Source of the DNA: Sanchytrium tribonematis
Taxonomy: Eukaryota
Assembly: GCA_018985235.1 (NCBI GenBank)
Contig: JADGIG010000036.1
Span: forward strand, 1 to 35,953
Reading direction: 5' to 3'
DNA length: 35,953 bases
The translations under genes were made by a program, and so were the position numbers. Below, piece by piece: positions 20,790 to 33,298 of the stretch. Below the pieces are notes generated by a model. That model had not been told where the DNA came from and did not search any database. It saw nothing but the letters and a program-made list of their open reading frames with translations. Within the stretch, counting starts at the first letter, position 1; each line of letters starts with the position of its first letter.

Positions 20790-21880
20790 TCACCTTTTAA
20801 AATCTATTCGCATCCAGATTAAATTTCTCATTTGGACATTTTCTACCAAATTAACGCATCCATCAAGAAATGAGTAATTAGTATCACCATTTTGACTATA
20901 GAAATACATATATCTCATGTAATAGTCACAATCTCTGTGGTCAATTTTTAATGCATCTAAAGAATGAATCAGTTTCAAATTGGGGTTTTTGGAATGAATC
21001 ATTTTCAAATTTAATGGTGAATAAACATCAGTATCCTGTTTATGAATCACAACTTCTTTAGATACCATGTCAATGGCCATAAATGCAATAAATCCAACAG
21101 AATTTACCATATTACCATATTTTTTTAAAGGTGATAATTTGACATAATTGAAGATAATCGTTTTCTCATCAAATCCAAAGAACAATCTGGCCGCTACACT
21201 TTTCACATTATCTTTTCTGTACATCTTGGTGCTGATGCACTGAATTTTAGATTTCTGCTCAAAAACTTCGACCATTTTAAAATTGATAAGATCTTTCATT
21301 TTAGTGTCCTGGACCTCTTACTTCAATACAGTTGTGGCAGCAGATTCACTATATCCCTTAATATGCTGCATCTGACTAGATAACATGCTGGTGTTGATTT
21401 TGCTTGATTTTTCTTCCCGCTGAAAATTTGCCTCAGTGTCTTCTTTGAACTCCTTTACGACTTTATTAATGTCATTAATATATATTGATATGACAAATTT
21501 ACCAAAAGGATCATCGGATTTCTCTTCAAGCATGATTTTGTAGGCTTTGATGTAATAAAGAAAATAATCACTAACTCTCCAGATGGATGATATGGTCAAA
21601 TGATGGTATTTGCCTCTTTATCCATGAATTCCTGCACTTCTTGCTCTTTGTGCTGCAAGAATAGTAGATACTGCTCTTTTGTGGAGAAATTGGAATTGTT
21701 TTTTGAGATATCTGGCCTATAAATCATGAGATGGTCTTTCCCAAGCAGCTTTAAAATACTCAGTAGCAAATGCTAATTGATCCAATGTATATGATTTGTA
21801 AGCAGAATTGAAGAATTCTGCTAATTTATTAAATTCTTGCACAAATTGAATTAAATCAATAAATTTGAATTTATCAATTT
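20790..21880 (-). pseudogene. Degenerate ORF of unknown (probably TE) origin
   Basis: Track ORFs 21318-21599 and 20790-21299 are in one frame, separated by a single TAA plus 6 codons. A coding-like frame continues upstream with a stop and a frameshift. Confidence 0.45.
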
Positions 21881-22800
21881 AATTCATACGCAGTATCAAT
21901 AGTAATGAAAAACCTGAATGTATTTAAATACAGTCTATTTACGATGACTTCTTTGATTACATCTTCTGGAGCAATGTCCTTTTTGATCATGAGTGGTCGC
22001 ATGTCTTGTATAGTGTCCAAAAGGGCATTCTTTTGAATACTAATGAAGACAAATAAGTAATTGGATGGTACTGGGGATTTTCTTGAATATGATCTTTAAT
22101 CCAGTTAATTAAATAATGTATATCTTGGTTGACTAAGTGGTTGATGGGATAATGATAGTTGAAGGATTAGTTCTTGACGAATGTAGTTCATTCTTTTATT
22201 TTCGCCTTCGCGGTCATTGTGGTTGGATCAGTGATTAAATGTTTCATAAGAGAGCAGACTAATACAAAGATGGTCATTAAACCCAATTCTCTGTAATAAT
22301 CGTTTCTGAAAATTCCAAACATGCTGAACTTTCTTGCGATATTTTTAAATAAAAGGCGATTTTTTTTTGAAGAAAAAACAATTTGACAGCCCCAAATCCA
22401 TAGAACAATTAATGCCAGTTTACATCTTGGGAGAGTTTGAAATCAAAGTATGGTGTCAAATTTAACAATGTTCGAATCAACACTTCTTTCAAACTAGCCT
22501 GTAAAATGCACCAAATATCCATCTTTTTACTTAATCAATAATACATCTTCATTTTTTGATTTGACTTTCAATCCCATACTTACAACTATCTGAAATCAAA
22601 GCACGTGCACTAAAATAGAAATATCCGATATTTCTAACGGTAAAATAAGACTACTATCAATTGGTCGTGAAATTAGACAACAAAATGAATCTTAATGTCA
22701 TGTTTTTCACCGGCAAATGAATGGCGGGTCACAAAAACTCAGTCTATTTGACAACCAACTACAAATGCTAGTGATAATCCATCAAACCATGGTAAATTCT

Positions 22801-23790
22801 CTTTTGGTGACTTTGAAGTTGCATTAAGCGATTTGCCAAATGGGAAAACTGCAGGACCAAATGAAATAAATTTAGAAATGCTCAAAAAGTATCAACTTTC
22901 TGGAAAAACTGCTTAAGTGGACAAAGCTATGTCTATGGAGTGGCTGCTTACCTAAACTATGTTATAGTAGTGATCTGAAGGACTTAATAAAAAGGGTGAT
23001 GTCTCAAATCTAAAAAATTTCCGTTACATTTGTCTTTCCTCACATGTTCGAAAGTTATTGGAAAAGATGATTCACAATACGACTGAATCCAAATTCACTA
23101 GTTCAAATAATTCTCTAAATCCAAAGTGACCAGCATGGTCAATTGGCGTTTTCTACGAACGTGATTGGTCGGTAATATCAAGAATACTAAGGGAAGCTAT
23201 CTTGATAAGCTTTCCAATTATTTACTAATGGATGATTATCTGAAGTGTTTAATAAATATGATTTTTAAAAAAGGTGCCCAATGTACAAACAATGAGGATT
23301 TATGAGTCATGTTTGACTATTCACATTCTATTGAGGTGGAGCGATTTTTATCAGCAATTTACTAGCCATACAGTCCATAGACTCAATAAATCAACCAAAA
23401 ACATTAAATACTATTCAAATCCAAATCTATGAAATCCATCAGCACCTAATCAAAACTCTCCATCAAGCTATTAAAGAGGCAAATACCATACAGATTTATT
23501 GTAAGATGTGTAAAATGCCATGAAAATCATAAATTTGCTTTCACACCAAATTATGATTCCAACGAATTTGCATTTAAATCTACTCACCACTGACACAAGA
23601 TTACACTTATTACAGTCAATACATGAATATGACAAGTGTTATGACTCATTCATTGCCCAAGTGTTTTACACAGATGCGTTTTATAAAATCAGATTAGGGG
23701 ATTGCACTTGGTGCCATCTTTATCTTATCCAACAAAACATTCAAATTACTAGATGCTGAACTATTTGCCATTCTTGTTACAAAGCCAAAT
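22801..23790 (+). mobile_element. Non-LTR (LINE) reverse transcriptase remnant
   Basis: ALSDLPNGKTAGPNEINLEMLKK and LNKKGDVSNLKNFRYICLSSHVRKLLEKMI match the N-terminal RT subdomains; a CxxC-like piece (GDCTWCH) lies downstream. Confidence 0.8.
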
Positions 23791-23999
23791 GGTGAAATAT
23801 TTTGGTTAGTCCTTAATTAACGTCTTCTAAATACCATGTTGGTGATTGTATGCCAGCCATTGCCTTTGATTATAAATTTACTAAACGCATTGGTGGGATC
23901 CTGTTATTTTAGTTTTTTTAACATGTCTGACGGTTACAGAGACTGGGGAATTATCAAGCTTTGAGACAAGTAATGGTCGCCAATATTGTTTGAAAAGAC

Positions 24000-24470
24000 C
24001 TGCTCAAAATGCTTGTTGTTCTCCAGGTTTATTTCAACACAATTTAATGCAAATTTTACGACATTTGAAGAAAATGGGTCTACATATTGATGATTTGATT
24101 ATTCATGACCGTTAAATGAATGAACACAAGCAGCAGATACGCTAATTGATTACAACATGCAACAAATTACATTTTCGCATAAATTGGGAAAAAGCGCAGA
24201 TTTGTCACAGTAGTATATTTGAGATTTGAGGTTGTTAGCATTGGTTATAGGTTCAAAACGGACTATTTCAAAGATTTACACATCATTGTCAGTTCCAAGT
24301 CTAAGAAAGAAGTACAACGAATCATCGGCATGATCAATTGGGTTATTCAAATTTAAAGGGATATGAGGTGCTAATTCAACCATTTGTATGATACTAAAGC
24401 ATGACAGATTCAAGTGGACTGATGACGCAGAAATTTCAGAAACAAAGAATATAGAATTAAAACATTTCAC
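24000..24470 (+). mobile_element. Ty3/gypsy reverse transcriptase/connection remnant
   Basis: PGLFQ, HIDDLII (YxDD-like), KSKKEVQRIIGMINW and LKHDRFKWTDD across frameshifts. Confidence 0.7.
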
Positions 24471-24708
24471 AAAAAGGGATTTGATCTCTTCTGTGGTGCA
24501 TCAAAACACAGAGTTAGGAGTTCCTTACACCAGAATGGGCGAATCAGTGTCATTATTTAACAAGTGTTTAACAGAAACAGAGAGCTTCTGAAATTCATTG
24601 AGAACTAAGGAAGGTATATGTGTATTGGTGATAACGGGTATGCAACATGTTCACACTATTTTATAGTTTTGAGTTACATTAAAAGCCGGATGATTAAGCA
24701 TCAAAATT

Positions 24709-24990
24709 TCAAGTTAACACTATATTGTTGTGGATAGAGTGCTTGCTTGTTTTCAAGTTTATTGTGTATTGATTTTGATTAATATGTCTGGATTCAAACA
24801 AACAGCCCGAAAGTATTATTAGATTCAGGATCAAAGCTTCAATAAAGGGGTGTGACGGTCCACGACCTTGACGAGTTCTTGTTTCGCTAACAGCAGCCAA
24901 ATTTTTATCATATTGTAACATGAATCTTGTCAAAATTCTAGTATTGCCAATTAAACTTTTTATATTAAATAAACCAATTCTAATGATATT
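24709..24990 (-). mobile_element. LINE APE-type endonuclease remnant
   Basis: IRIGLFNIKSLIGNTRILTRFMLQYDKNLAAVSETR matches the N-terminal EEP motifs (N...ET). Confidence 0.65.
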
Positions 24991-27390
24991 GTTAATTGCT
25001 GATAGTGTTCGTTAATTATTAGGATATGGTAAAGGCTTAGATGGCCAATCAATGAAACAGGATCCAAATGTTGAAATTAAACAATTTTTAGCTTATTTTT
25101 GATTTCTCTTATGAATGTTTGTTTATAAGGAGGTATACCAATGTATTAATTTGAAATGCAGTAATGTGGTAGTATTTATTAATAAGAAGGTCATGTATGT
25201 GTTTAAGATTTTTTAATTTTATATTTTTTTGGTATTTATATTGAATTTAACTTGAGTTGCGATGAGTAATTACTCGGTGGAGGAGAATCTTTGGATTGGA
25301 TTTACTTGTGTACCGAAGGGGAGATAATGGACATCTTGTAATAGGTTGCAATAAAAATTACTAGTGAAGTGCTCTACATACACAGCCATTTGTTTAAAAT
25401 TCAGACACATGTAAATTGCAAGCGAATTTAAGAATTAAAACAATTGCTCTAAAAGACGCGGAATTAATTTCAAGTTGCAATTGGAGGAACTGAAACGCTT
25501 TCAGAGACACATGGTAAAAAAGGTGATCCCTTGGTGTATATGTGAAACTCCACTTGAGCAGAATAATTCTACTGCTTTGTGTGACTGTGTGTATTTAAGA
25601 TACTCCAGTGGAGCACAACTTAAATTTGTTCAACTCGGTCTGATACAAACTAATCATTTTAAATGAAATTTGTTTGTATACATAAGTAAATTTTATTGAT
25701 CACTAGAGGTACTATTTCTTTGGGGTTTATTTCGTACTCAACCCAATTGGTGTGGATTTCGGTTTGATGCAATATTTGAATTCACTGTAATTTTAATTTT
25801 GCAATTAATACATCTAATGAATGTAATTTACCCAAATCAACAACCAATTCTGAAACACAATTTCAAATACTAGTGATCCACTGAGTTCCCTCAGCATCAA
25901 TACCCGTACATGGTAAATGAAATACTCTTTTAATAGCATAATACTTTTTCAGTGTCATTCTTTCAAAAATCTCCGGTACTCCATTTGGGCCAAAATATTG
26001 AAAAAAATAGCCTCTGGACTACTACCTTCAAAATACAACATCCATTAAACTTCAATTATATTTGCATTTAATTTTATCTTTATATATTTGATTATTCTGT
26101 CATACTTGGATTCGATTTACTATTTTGGTAAAAAAAGGTAGGATTTGTAATGACAGCAGCAGAATAATATAGTTTAAATAGTTGATATGGCTCATAATTA
26201 CGCTAAAATTACTTGGTTTTGGTATGAAATGGATTAAAACGATCACTCATATTGAAATATCTACTCGGTTTAAGCCGTAATTCCACGCTATCGAATTCTT
26301 TCGTTTCTACAATGAATGATGTTGATAAATCACCTTCAACGTGTTCCAAAAAATCTTAAAATTATTATCCAATCAAAGATTATGAGAAAAATCTAGATAT
26401 ATGAAAAAACTGTTACTATTAATTGGAGTGATTGCTCTAGTATTTTAAAAATGAGTTTTACTCAAACTGAGTATAAAATTTATTCCGACACAAAGGGAAA
26501 CGACCATCTGAAATCTTGAAATCAAAATGCGTCTTGGTTGGAGGTGATGTCAATCGAATTCCTAAAAAGATGAACTTCATATTTTTTAGAATCAGAAGTC
26601 AAGAAACAAAACTTGGAATATTTACCGCCCCCAGATACACTGTTATTGGCTAGTAATATTGTGGATTCGAAGGAATCAGCTTTACTATCTCGTAATTTTG
26701 ATAACAAGAATAACGATACCAAGGCAATTCACATTATAAATAGAAAACCCGTAGTTGAAAATATGGTGGCAAAAATTCACGACTATATTCAAAGTGGGTT
26801 GTGGATCGTAAATTTGTGTTCAAACCCTACATTGCCAAGGATTTTATTCGAAATTGTCAACAATTTTAAGTAGCAATTCATGTTAGAATTAGATTTCATT
26901 AATGAATCAAGTCTAGCAGGTACCATTAGATTACTGTCAGTCGTAATAACACGATTGGATCAACGGAACACTTGTAAAATTGAATTTAATTCAAATATAA
27001 TACCTAAATTTGCAGCATTAGGGGAGAAATTGTGAGTCTTCTTCTACAATATTTCACCACTACCGCTTAATATCGCAGGGTAGTTAATAAAAGTAATCAA
27101 GTTTCTTTTAACTTGTTCTCTATTTTTTATATTAATCTCATTCACACTCTGAAATCTCAATTTAATTAAAAATTGTTCGACCAACATGAGCTTTGAAGTC
27201 AATAAGTTCAATTACATAATGAACTTACAATACAAGTTAACCTATCTTTGACCATTTCTGCCTCAATGTAAAAATAAATAATTTCAACTGATTGTAAATG
27301 CAGATAAGATGATTTACTGGGGTTTATGGCTTTATATAGCCCATATAACCTTCTAGTTCTTATCCATAAGCAGATAACACACCTATATTC

Positions 27391-27575
27391 CCATTCAAAA
27401 GTTCATCGAACGCCTTGCAATCAAGAACATTTTCCAGAGGCAGCCAATCTCTTTCATTTAAATAGTTCTTATATCGTGTATCGCTTAATGCTTGATATGT
27501 TGCAACTGCATCTCTACTAGTTCTTTTGAATCTTATTTCTTTTAACCGATTTACAGTGTAATGCCTGACATGCTC
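27391..27575 (-). pseudogene. Chromodomain-like remnant, probably TE-derived
   Basis: HYTVNRLKEIR...TRYKNYLNERDWLPLENVLDCKAFDELL resembles Y.Ve.i...R / W.p.enl..C; flanked by stops. Confidence 0.45.
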
Positions 27576-27632
27576 TTTCCACTAGCTTTAAACTTTTTAA
27601 ATCAACAAGAAAATGCGTGAAAACAATTTAAA

Positions 27633-28354
27633 ATGAAACCAAAACCAAGTAAAAATGTCGTTGACTTTGGATTGGCAACTGCGTTGAGTGGTAAAATGAC
27701 ATTTGATTCTGATGAGAGTACTAAGAGTGATTTAAAAGAGCATTTGAATCTCCGATCACAACCCGATCTTTTTGACCAATCAAATTTAGCCAATCAAGAT
27801 ATTAGAGATGATTCAGAGTCATCTAGTTCAGATGAATATAGCGACATTGAAATGGACCAATTAGTTGAGTCCAATCAAAATTTGGATCAATCACAAATTT
27901 GGATCAGTCACAAATTAAAGCACCCACAAAAGCCCATGATCCTGCCGATGCTAAATCCAAGGTCAAGAAAGCTGTCTTCGAGCATTAAAATCCCATATTT
28001 TTCAACCCATTGAATTCCGGTAACAAATCTGATGATGCCTCAGCAACCTTGAATGCACTGGCAGATCCTCTCGTAAATCAAAAGAGCACCACTGCCACCC
28101 TATCCTGTCGAAAAGGTCAAAGACAAACCGACTGAGTTTTTAATTTGATTGAAAATGATCACTTTCCAGTATGCAAATGGAAACCAGACACCACCATTGA
28201 AAACATTTTCTCACACAGTGATTATCATTACATTGTAAACAATATCTTGGCATATCCTGATACATCAAAATTTATTGATAAATTCTCCACCATCTTCTTA
28301 TCGCCAAAAACTGAGTCAGAAATCCAAGTCAAGTGCATTCTATTAAACAGGTAA
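27633..28354 (+). mobile_element. Low-complexity ORF1/gag-like TE remnant
   Basis: Fragmented Ser/Asp/Lys-rich frames; loosely similar to the minus-strand piece near 19680-20100. No catalytic motif. Confidence 0.3.
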
Positions 28355-28546
28355 TCTATCTTGAGTTAACCCAGCTACACATTGCCATCTCAAATCATTT
28401 CGCATTTTGTTGCCAACCAACCATTCAAATATGCGATTTGAGTAAATGAGGAACCTTACGCCACTTACCAGGAATCGAATTATGAACTAGCATGTTTATT
28501 CTTGCTTCTTTTTGCAAGTCATCTCAATTAAGTCCAAATTCACTTT

Positions 28547-28844
28547 TGGACCAATATTTTCTTTGGAGATGAAGCTTATTTTGAGTTAAACAATTGTAGT
28601 GCAGGTCAGCAATTTGTGTACCTTACTTTAGAGGTGAGTTACAACGATCACGTAGAATAATGGCATATATGTGTATTTCTTACAAATTTGGTCCAATATT
28701 TATACATTTCTTGGAGGCAAACACAAGTGTAACTGCAAATGTCTATCAAAGACAGATAATTCCCAAAATTGCTAGCAGTTTAGTAAATAGCCAGTCGAAT
28801 TATAGAGTAGTAAATAATGAACCATACGCATTTATTGATGATAA
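28547..28844 (+). mobile_element. Tc1/mariner transposase remnant
   Basis: WTNIFFGDEAYFEL...MAYMCISYKFGPIFIHFLEANTSVTANVYQRQII...YAFIDDN carries the first two catalytic Asp contexts. Confidence 0.75.
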
Positions 28845-29321
28845 CCGTTGTCTCACTGGGGTGATGGATCTTTGGAGGCATTATCGGCTGAATTGAAGGG
28901 TGAAAGAAATGTTGCTTGAAGATATGCTATACTTTGGGACAGATATGGTGAAATTTAAGGTATAATTTGATAACATAGGAATTTATTGAAGATAGATTAT
29001 TAAATCACTTGGATATAGACTACATAAAAGCATCTTATTTGGGTATTCCAGGTAGATTGAATAATATCTTGACTCGAGGTAGTAGGGCATATACAATAAA
29101 TAGTTCGCTAGTTATTTTAATTGTAATGAAAGCGAGTTGAAGGGTAAAAATTTGGGGAACGTAGTTTAAAAGATTTATTGAATGCACTTTACACAATTGA
29201 ATGATTTAATTATTAATAAGGATGGAACCATCATTTAGAAACGATTAAGAGGTAGTAGAACGCTTCTTCCATCAAATTCATATGAAATTCTAGTGTTGAA
29301 AGTGACAGATTTCATGCAGAG

Positions 29322-30150
29322 GTGCTTTTATCTCCTTCAAATGACTCCGCGCCAATTCAAAATTTTCGCGATACAGCCAAAATCAGACCTTCACGACCGG
29401 ATATTACTCATCATGCTGTCAAATATGATCAGGAAATTCCCCATTTGCAGAAAAATTACCTCAGAATCTCTTATTTAAATATAGACGGCATTCCCGCAAA
29501 ACAAAGATCTGTTGCTCCAATGATGGATTTTTCTCAATCAGATATTATCATATATGGAGAAGCCAAAGCAGCACGTTAAAAATCATTAGACCCAGCCATT
29601 GTATTTAAGACAGAGACTGAGAATCATCAATATGGTCTTTGCGTTGCTTTGAACAGGAAATATAAAAATCAAGTGCTTTCTATAAGATATTTTTTACCTT
29701 ATCATCTCCGAATTTGGAATATTGGTAATTACATTTAAAATTAAATTGCCAAAATCTTTTATTATCGGTGACTCAAACAAGTCTATTTTAAAAGAAATTG
29801 CACCTGGTTCATATAAACTTGGGAAAGACATGCTTTCTAGCTATTCTACGGATCTCAAACAACTCAATAAAGAGCTAGATGATGAAACACTGGTCAATTC
29901 ATGAAACCCCAAACTGGACAACCCAGTAACATTATATGATCAAAAGACTTGATAAGAAAAGAACTACGTTCCAAGTGGACCAAAGATTATCCCACGCATT
30001 TCAATCAAGAGTTCGTAAATGCTCCAAATCATTTCGCATTTGTGATCTTGTATAAAATTAAAAGAAGTGGTAAACCACAAGGTGTATAAAATTAAAAGAA
30101 GTGGTAAACCACAAGGTGAAGATCTGGTCGATAAAGAGATGCTCCATGTG
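29322..30150 (+). mobile_element. LINE ORF2 remnant (APE endonuclease to start of RT)
   Basis: LRISYLNIDGI...DIIIYGEAK, FIIGDSN, and KRSGKPQGEDLVDKEMLH. Confidence 0.7.
30049..30116 (+). repeat. Perfect 2 x 34-bp tandem duplication
   Basis: TGTATAAAATTAAAAGAAGTGGTAAACCACAAGG occurs twice, head to tail. Confidence 0.95.
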
Positions 30151-31182
30151 TGTTCAGCTCGTTATATAGCATTAACCAGTCCAGTACTTGGGATTTAAAA
30201 TCTCGGCTACTGGATTGAATCTTAATCAACTAGTACAAAGTAATCTCAAGGCTGCCCGTCACCGAGTGAAAGCATTGGTCAGGTTCGGTATTGATATTGA
30301 AAAACCATCGTATAATTTAGGGTGTTATCATTGCCACTGATACCTTTGATAGTAAAATACAGTTCTAACAACATAACAGCATTTTCTATTTCTATGGTAA
30401 ATGAGGCATTTTCGCACTTATCATAGGCAGTAAGAAAGCTAGGCCATATGCGTGCACATTCTGACCTATCAAATATGAAAACATGTTTTAAAACAAGGCT
30501 ATAAACGGCTATAATAAATAAATGAATTGAACATTAAAAATTGATAATTTTACTATTAAATGTAAGAAAAATGTAATATTTTAAGTTGTAATGTGTCCTA
30601 GTGCTTGCGATTGGTCTTTTAATAGTTAAATTAGCTATATTTAATATATTATTTTGTTGTTTTCACAGTAGCAAAGTCACTATAGATTTTAAAAAGTTAC
30701 TAATAATAAATAGAAGACTAATGACACCCTCAAGCTAATTAATTTGTCAATTTTATTTTATTTTATATAGTCACTATAGATAAACAAAACACTTGAAGTT
30801 TTGCAGTTACTTTAATAAGCTATATGGATATAATACAATGGACTCGTATTATTCATTGTACTTCTACGTTGATGTTGCATCACTCCCAATTCTGTTATAA
30901 AAGCCTTCAAAATAACACAAACAAAAGCTGAAATTTTGCATAATACTAATAAAACATTTATTTTAAATTTGTATGTTAAATAACTCCGGCAAGGATGTTT
31001 CAAATTTAACAAAAGTTTGAAATTTTTTCCTAGTCTATTTATTGACTATTAGAGTGTTTGCGATTGACGCTTACAAATAAATTTTCAAAATGTTTGGAAA
31101 TACCCCTTTGTATCTCCTTTAAATTTTTGGAAAATCACGTGAAAATAACCCAGTTTTGAAAATCCAATTTGCAAATTTTAAA

Positions 31183-31491
31183 ATGACCAAAACAGCTTCT
31201 GAAAACGATGAAAAACAAAACAATGATGACACAGCTTCAAAATCAAGTAGCGAAAAGCAGAAGAAGTCACAATTTCGTTGGAATTCTTTCGCAAAAGACC
31301 GATGTGTCAGTGGAGCCGCTGGAGAATATGAAGAATACGACCAAATTTACCAAGAACTTGTGGATTTATATTCAGCGTATTTAACAGATCATAATGAAAA
31401 CAAAGAAATAAAAGAAGAATAGAAAAAGAAATTAGTAGAAGATGAAAAGCATGCATTGGAATTTAGAAAAAACGCTGCTGAAATTAGATAA
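31183..31491 (+). pseudogene. Harbinger-type accessory ORF (Myb/SANT-like) remnant
   Basis: QFRW...SGAAGEYEEYDQIYQELVDLY followed by a charged coiled segment; one in-frame TAG at 31420-31422; convergent with the transposase. Confidence 0.6.
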
Positions 31492-32322
31492 CAACACTGC
31501 CACACTATACATTGCAGAAACCGGCTGCAGCATGATTTTTTGGTTCTTATAATAATCAATAAATGCCCATTCTCTAACAACCTTTCCAAATCCCCATTCT
31601 ACACAGATTCGAAAAGAACTCATGCAAGTAATAAACAATCGCATTTCACGGGTGTTGTTTGTTGTTTTGAAGGGCGAAATGATGTGTTTTCCAACTTGAT
31701 AAGCTGGGTCACCATATACAAATAGTCTGATATTTGGGAAATATGTTTTGAAAATATTCTAATTTTGATAACAAACCAGATGCACGTAATATTGATATAT
31801 CATGCTTTTTACCATCAAATACGTCACTCAAATGAATAATAAGCCCATTCCACAAAATGCAAGATTGATATTTTAAGACGTGGTGACGTTTATTATACAT
31901 AAGGCGTGGAATAAATCTGACCGTACCGTCAATAAATCCAATTACAGCATGCTCTGATTTTGAGCGAGAGTGATATAATCATGGGTAAAAAGATGTTCGG
32001 GGAAATCGAGAAGCCATTTGAAGTTATAATAAATATGATTAAGCACAAAATCACAAATACGGCTTATTTTAGACTGCTCTATTCCAAAATATACTACCAA
32101 GTCGCTTAATCTGTTCGGGTAAGACATTCTCTTCAAAAATACACATAAATCTACTGAACCATTAGATAATTTCATTGTGCTAGGGATTTCCAGTAAATCC
32201 TGCAATTCACAGATGTCTGATTTGTAAAATCGAAAGTTAATCCATGCATCGGAGTCTGTAATTGCATTGAAATTGAATTTAACTGCGGGGACAGATGGTC
32301 TGTGTCTTGCTTTCTTTCCCAT
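31432..32322 (-). pseudogene. DDE_Tnp_4 (Harbinger/IS5-like) transposase, frameshifted and internally deleted
   Basis: NFRFYKSDI, FLKRMSYPNRLSDLVVYFG, IGFIDGT, HVLKYQ, DGKKHD, YGDPAY and RICVEWGFG motifs. Confidence 0.9.
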
Positions 32323-33058
32323 GGTAATGGAAATTAAAGTCAAATGACGGAAAAGCATCTGTATGCCAAACCCCAAAACCCCAATAAAGCAAATTTTATT
32401 ATTTTTACAATAATTTTCGAATCGCAAAGATGGAGCAAGGATTTTCAAATAAATTTTCAAACCATTTGAAACTGATTTGAAATTTCAAATCGCAAACACT
32501 CTATTTGCTAGCTTAAAGTAATAAAAGGATAATAAAAACGTTATTTGTTATCACTTAAGAAGTAAAAACTCCAAAATGTTGCAAATTGACTGTGGACTTT
32601 CAAAACTCAGTTGTTGGAGTGCTAATTAGTTCCTTTTATAGCTTTTTAATTACATCTGCCAATAGGTATGTTGTCTTACATAACTTGATTAATGACATAT
32701 AGATCATGAAACAAAATGTTAATATTCATTTTATTTTCGACCAATCATAAAAAAGAAACTAAATTTCACAAGCGGATTTTGTACAAAATAAATTATTTTA
32801 CTTCAAAAATTATAAAATTTTGTCCCACCGTTCAGTCACTTAAAGGAGCAATTGTCCTACTAAAGTCAAGGAATTTAAATTTTATTTGCGATAGGGTGAA
32901 ACATGTTAAAATTTCTAACCCTTCGCATAGCGGCGAAAAAAAGTAAAAACAAGTTAACAACAGTCCCCAGTGGTAGATTTGACTTAGATATATATACAGA
33001 TGACGATTGCTGACAATATTTTAGATTCTTAAAAGAAGACATCATTTTACTGTTTGAT

Positions 33059-33298
33059 TTAATAGAGATGTTCTACGCTTCCTTTTGTATTCAATGTCAG
33101 ATTAGCGAACTCATGCAATAATTTATTAGCCTGTTTCTCTTTTCCATCCTTATCCATTTTATCTGATAACGCGCCTCTTTCTACACTAGCTCGTTGATCA
33201 GAAGGTTCAGAGTCTTTGAATGCATTCAAAAGAGATTTAAATTTTCTTGAGCAACTTCCAGCATTTGTATTATGCTTATACTTAGCTTTTAATGACCC
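33059..33298 (-). pseudogene. Second Myb/SANT-like Harbinger accessory ORF fragment
   Basis: GSCSRKFKSLLNAFKDSEPSDQRAS resembles the recognition helix plus 'raSG' of this ORF family. Confidence 0.4.

Larger units (their letters stand above)
31051..32502. mobile_element. PIF/Harbinger-group (Pangu-like) DNA transposon, 1452 bp, with perfect 15-bp TIRs and ATT TSD
   Basis: TIR AGAGTGTTTGCGATT at 31051-31065 and its exact inverse at 32488-32502; ATT at 31048-31050 and 32503-32505; two convergent ORF remnants inside. Confidence 0.92.

Noticed and set aside
21300..21320. Possible mini-intron between ORFs 21318-21599 and 20790-21299
   Set aside because: The ORFs are already in one frame with a single TAA between them, and no 19-nt GT-AG fits. 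A nonsense mutation is simpler.
25300..27000. Short ORFs at 25475-25666 and 26613-26873 as genes
   Set aside because: Fragmentary, with non-ATG starts and no recognisable motif; probably decayed TE or pseudogene sequence.
30049..30116. CRISPR-like repeat
   Set aside because: Two adjacent copies with no spacer, in a eukaryotic LINE relic.
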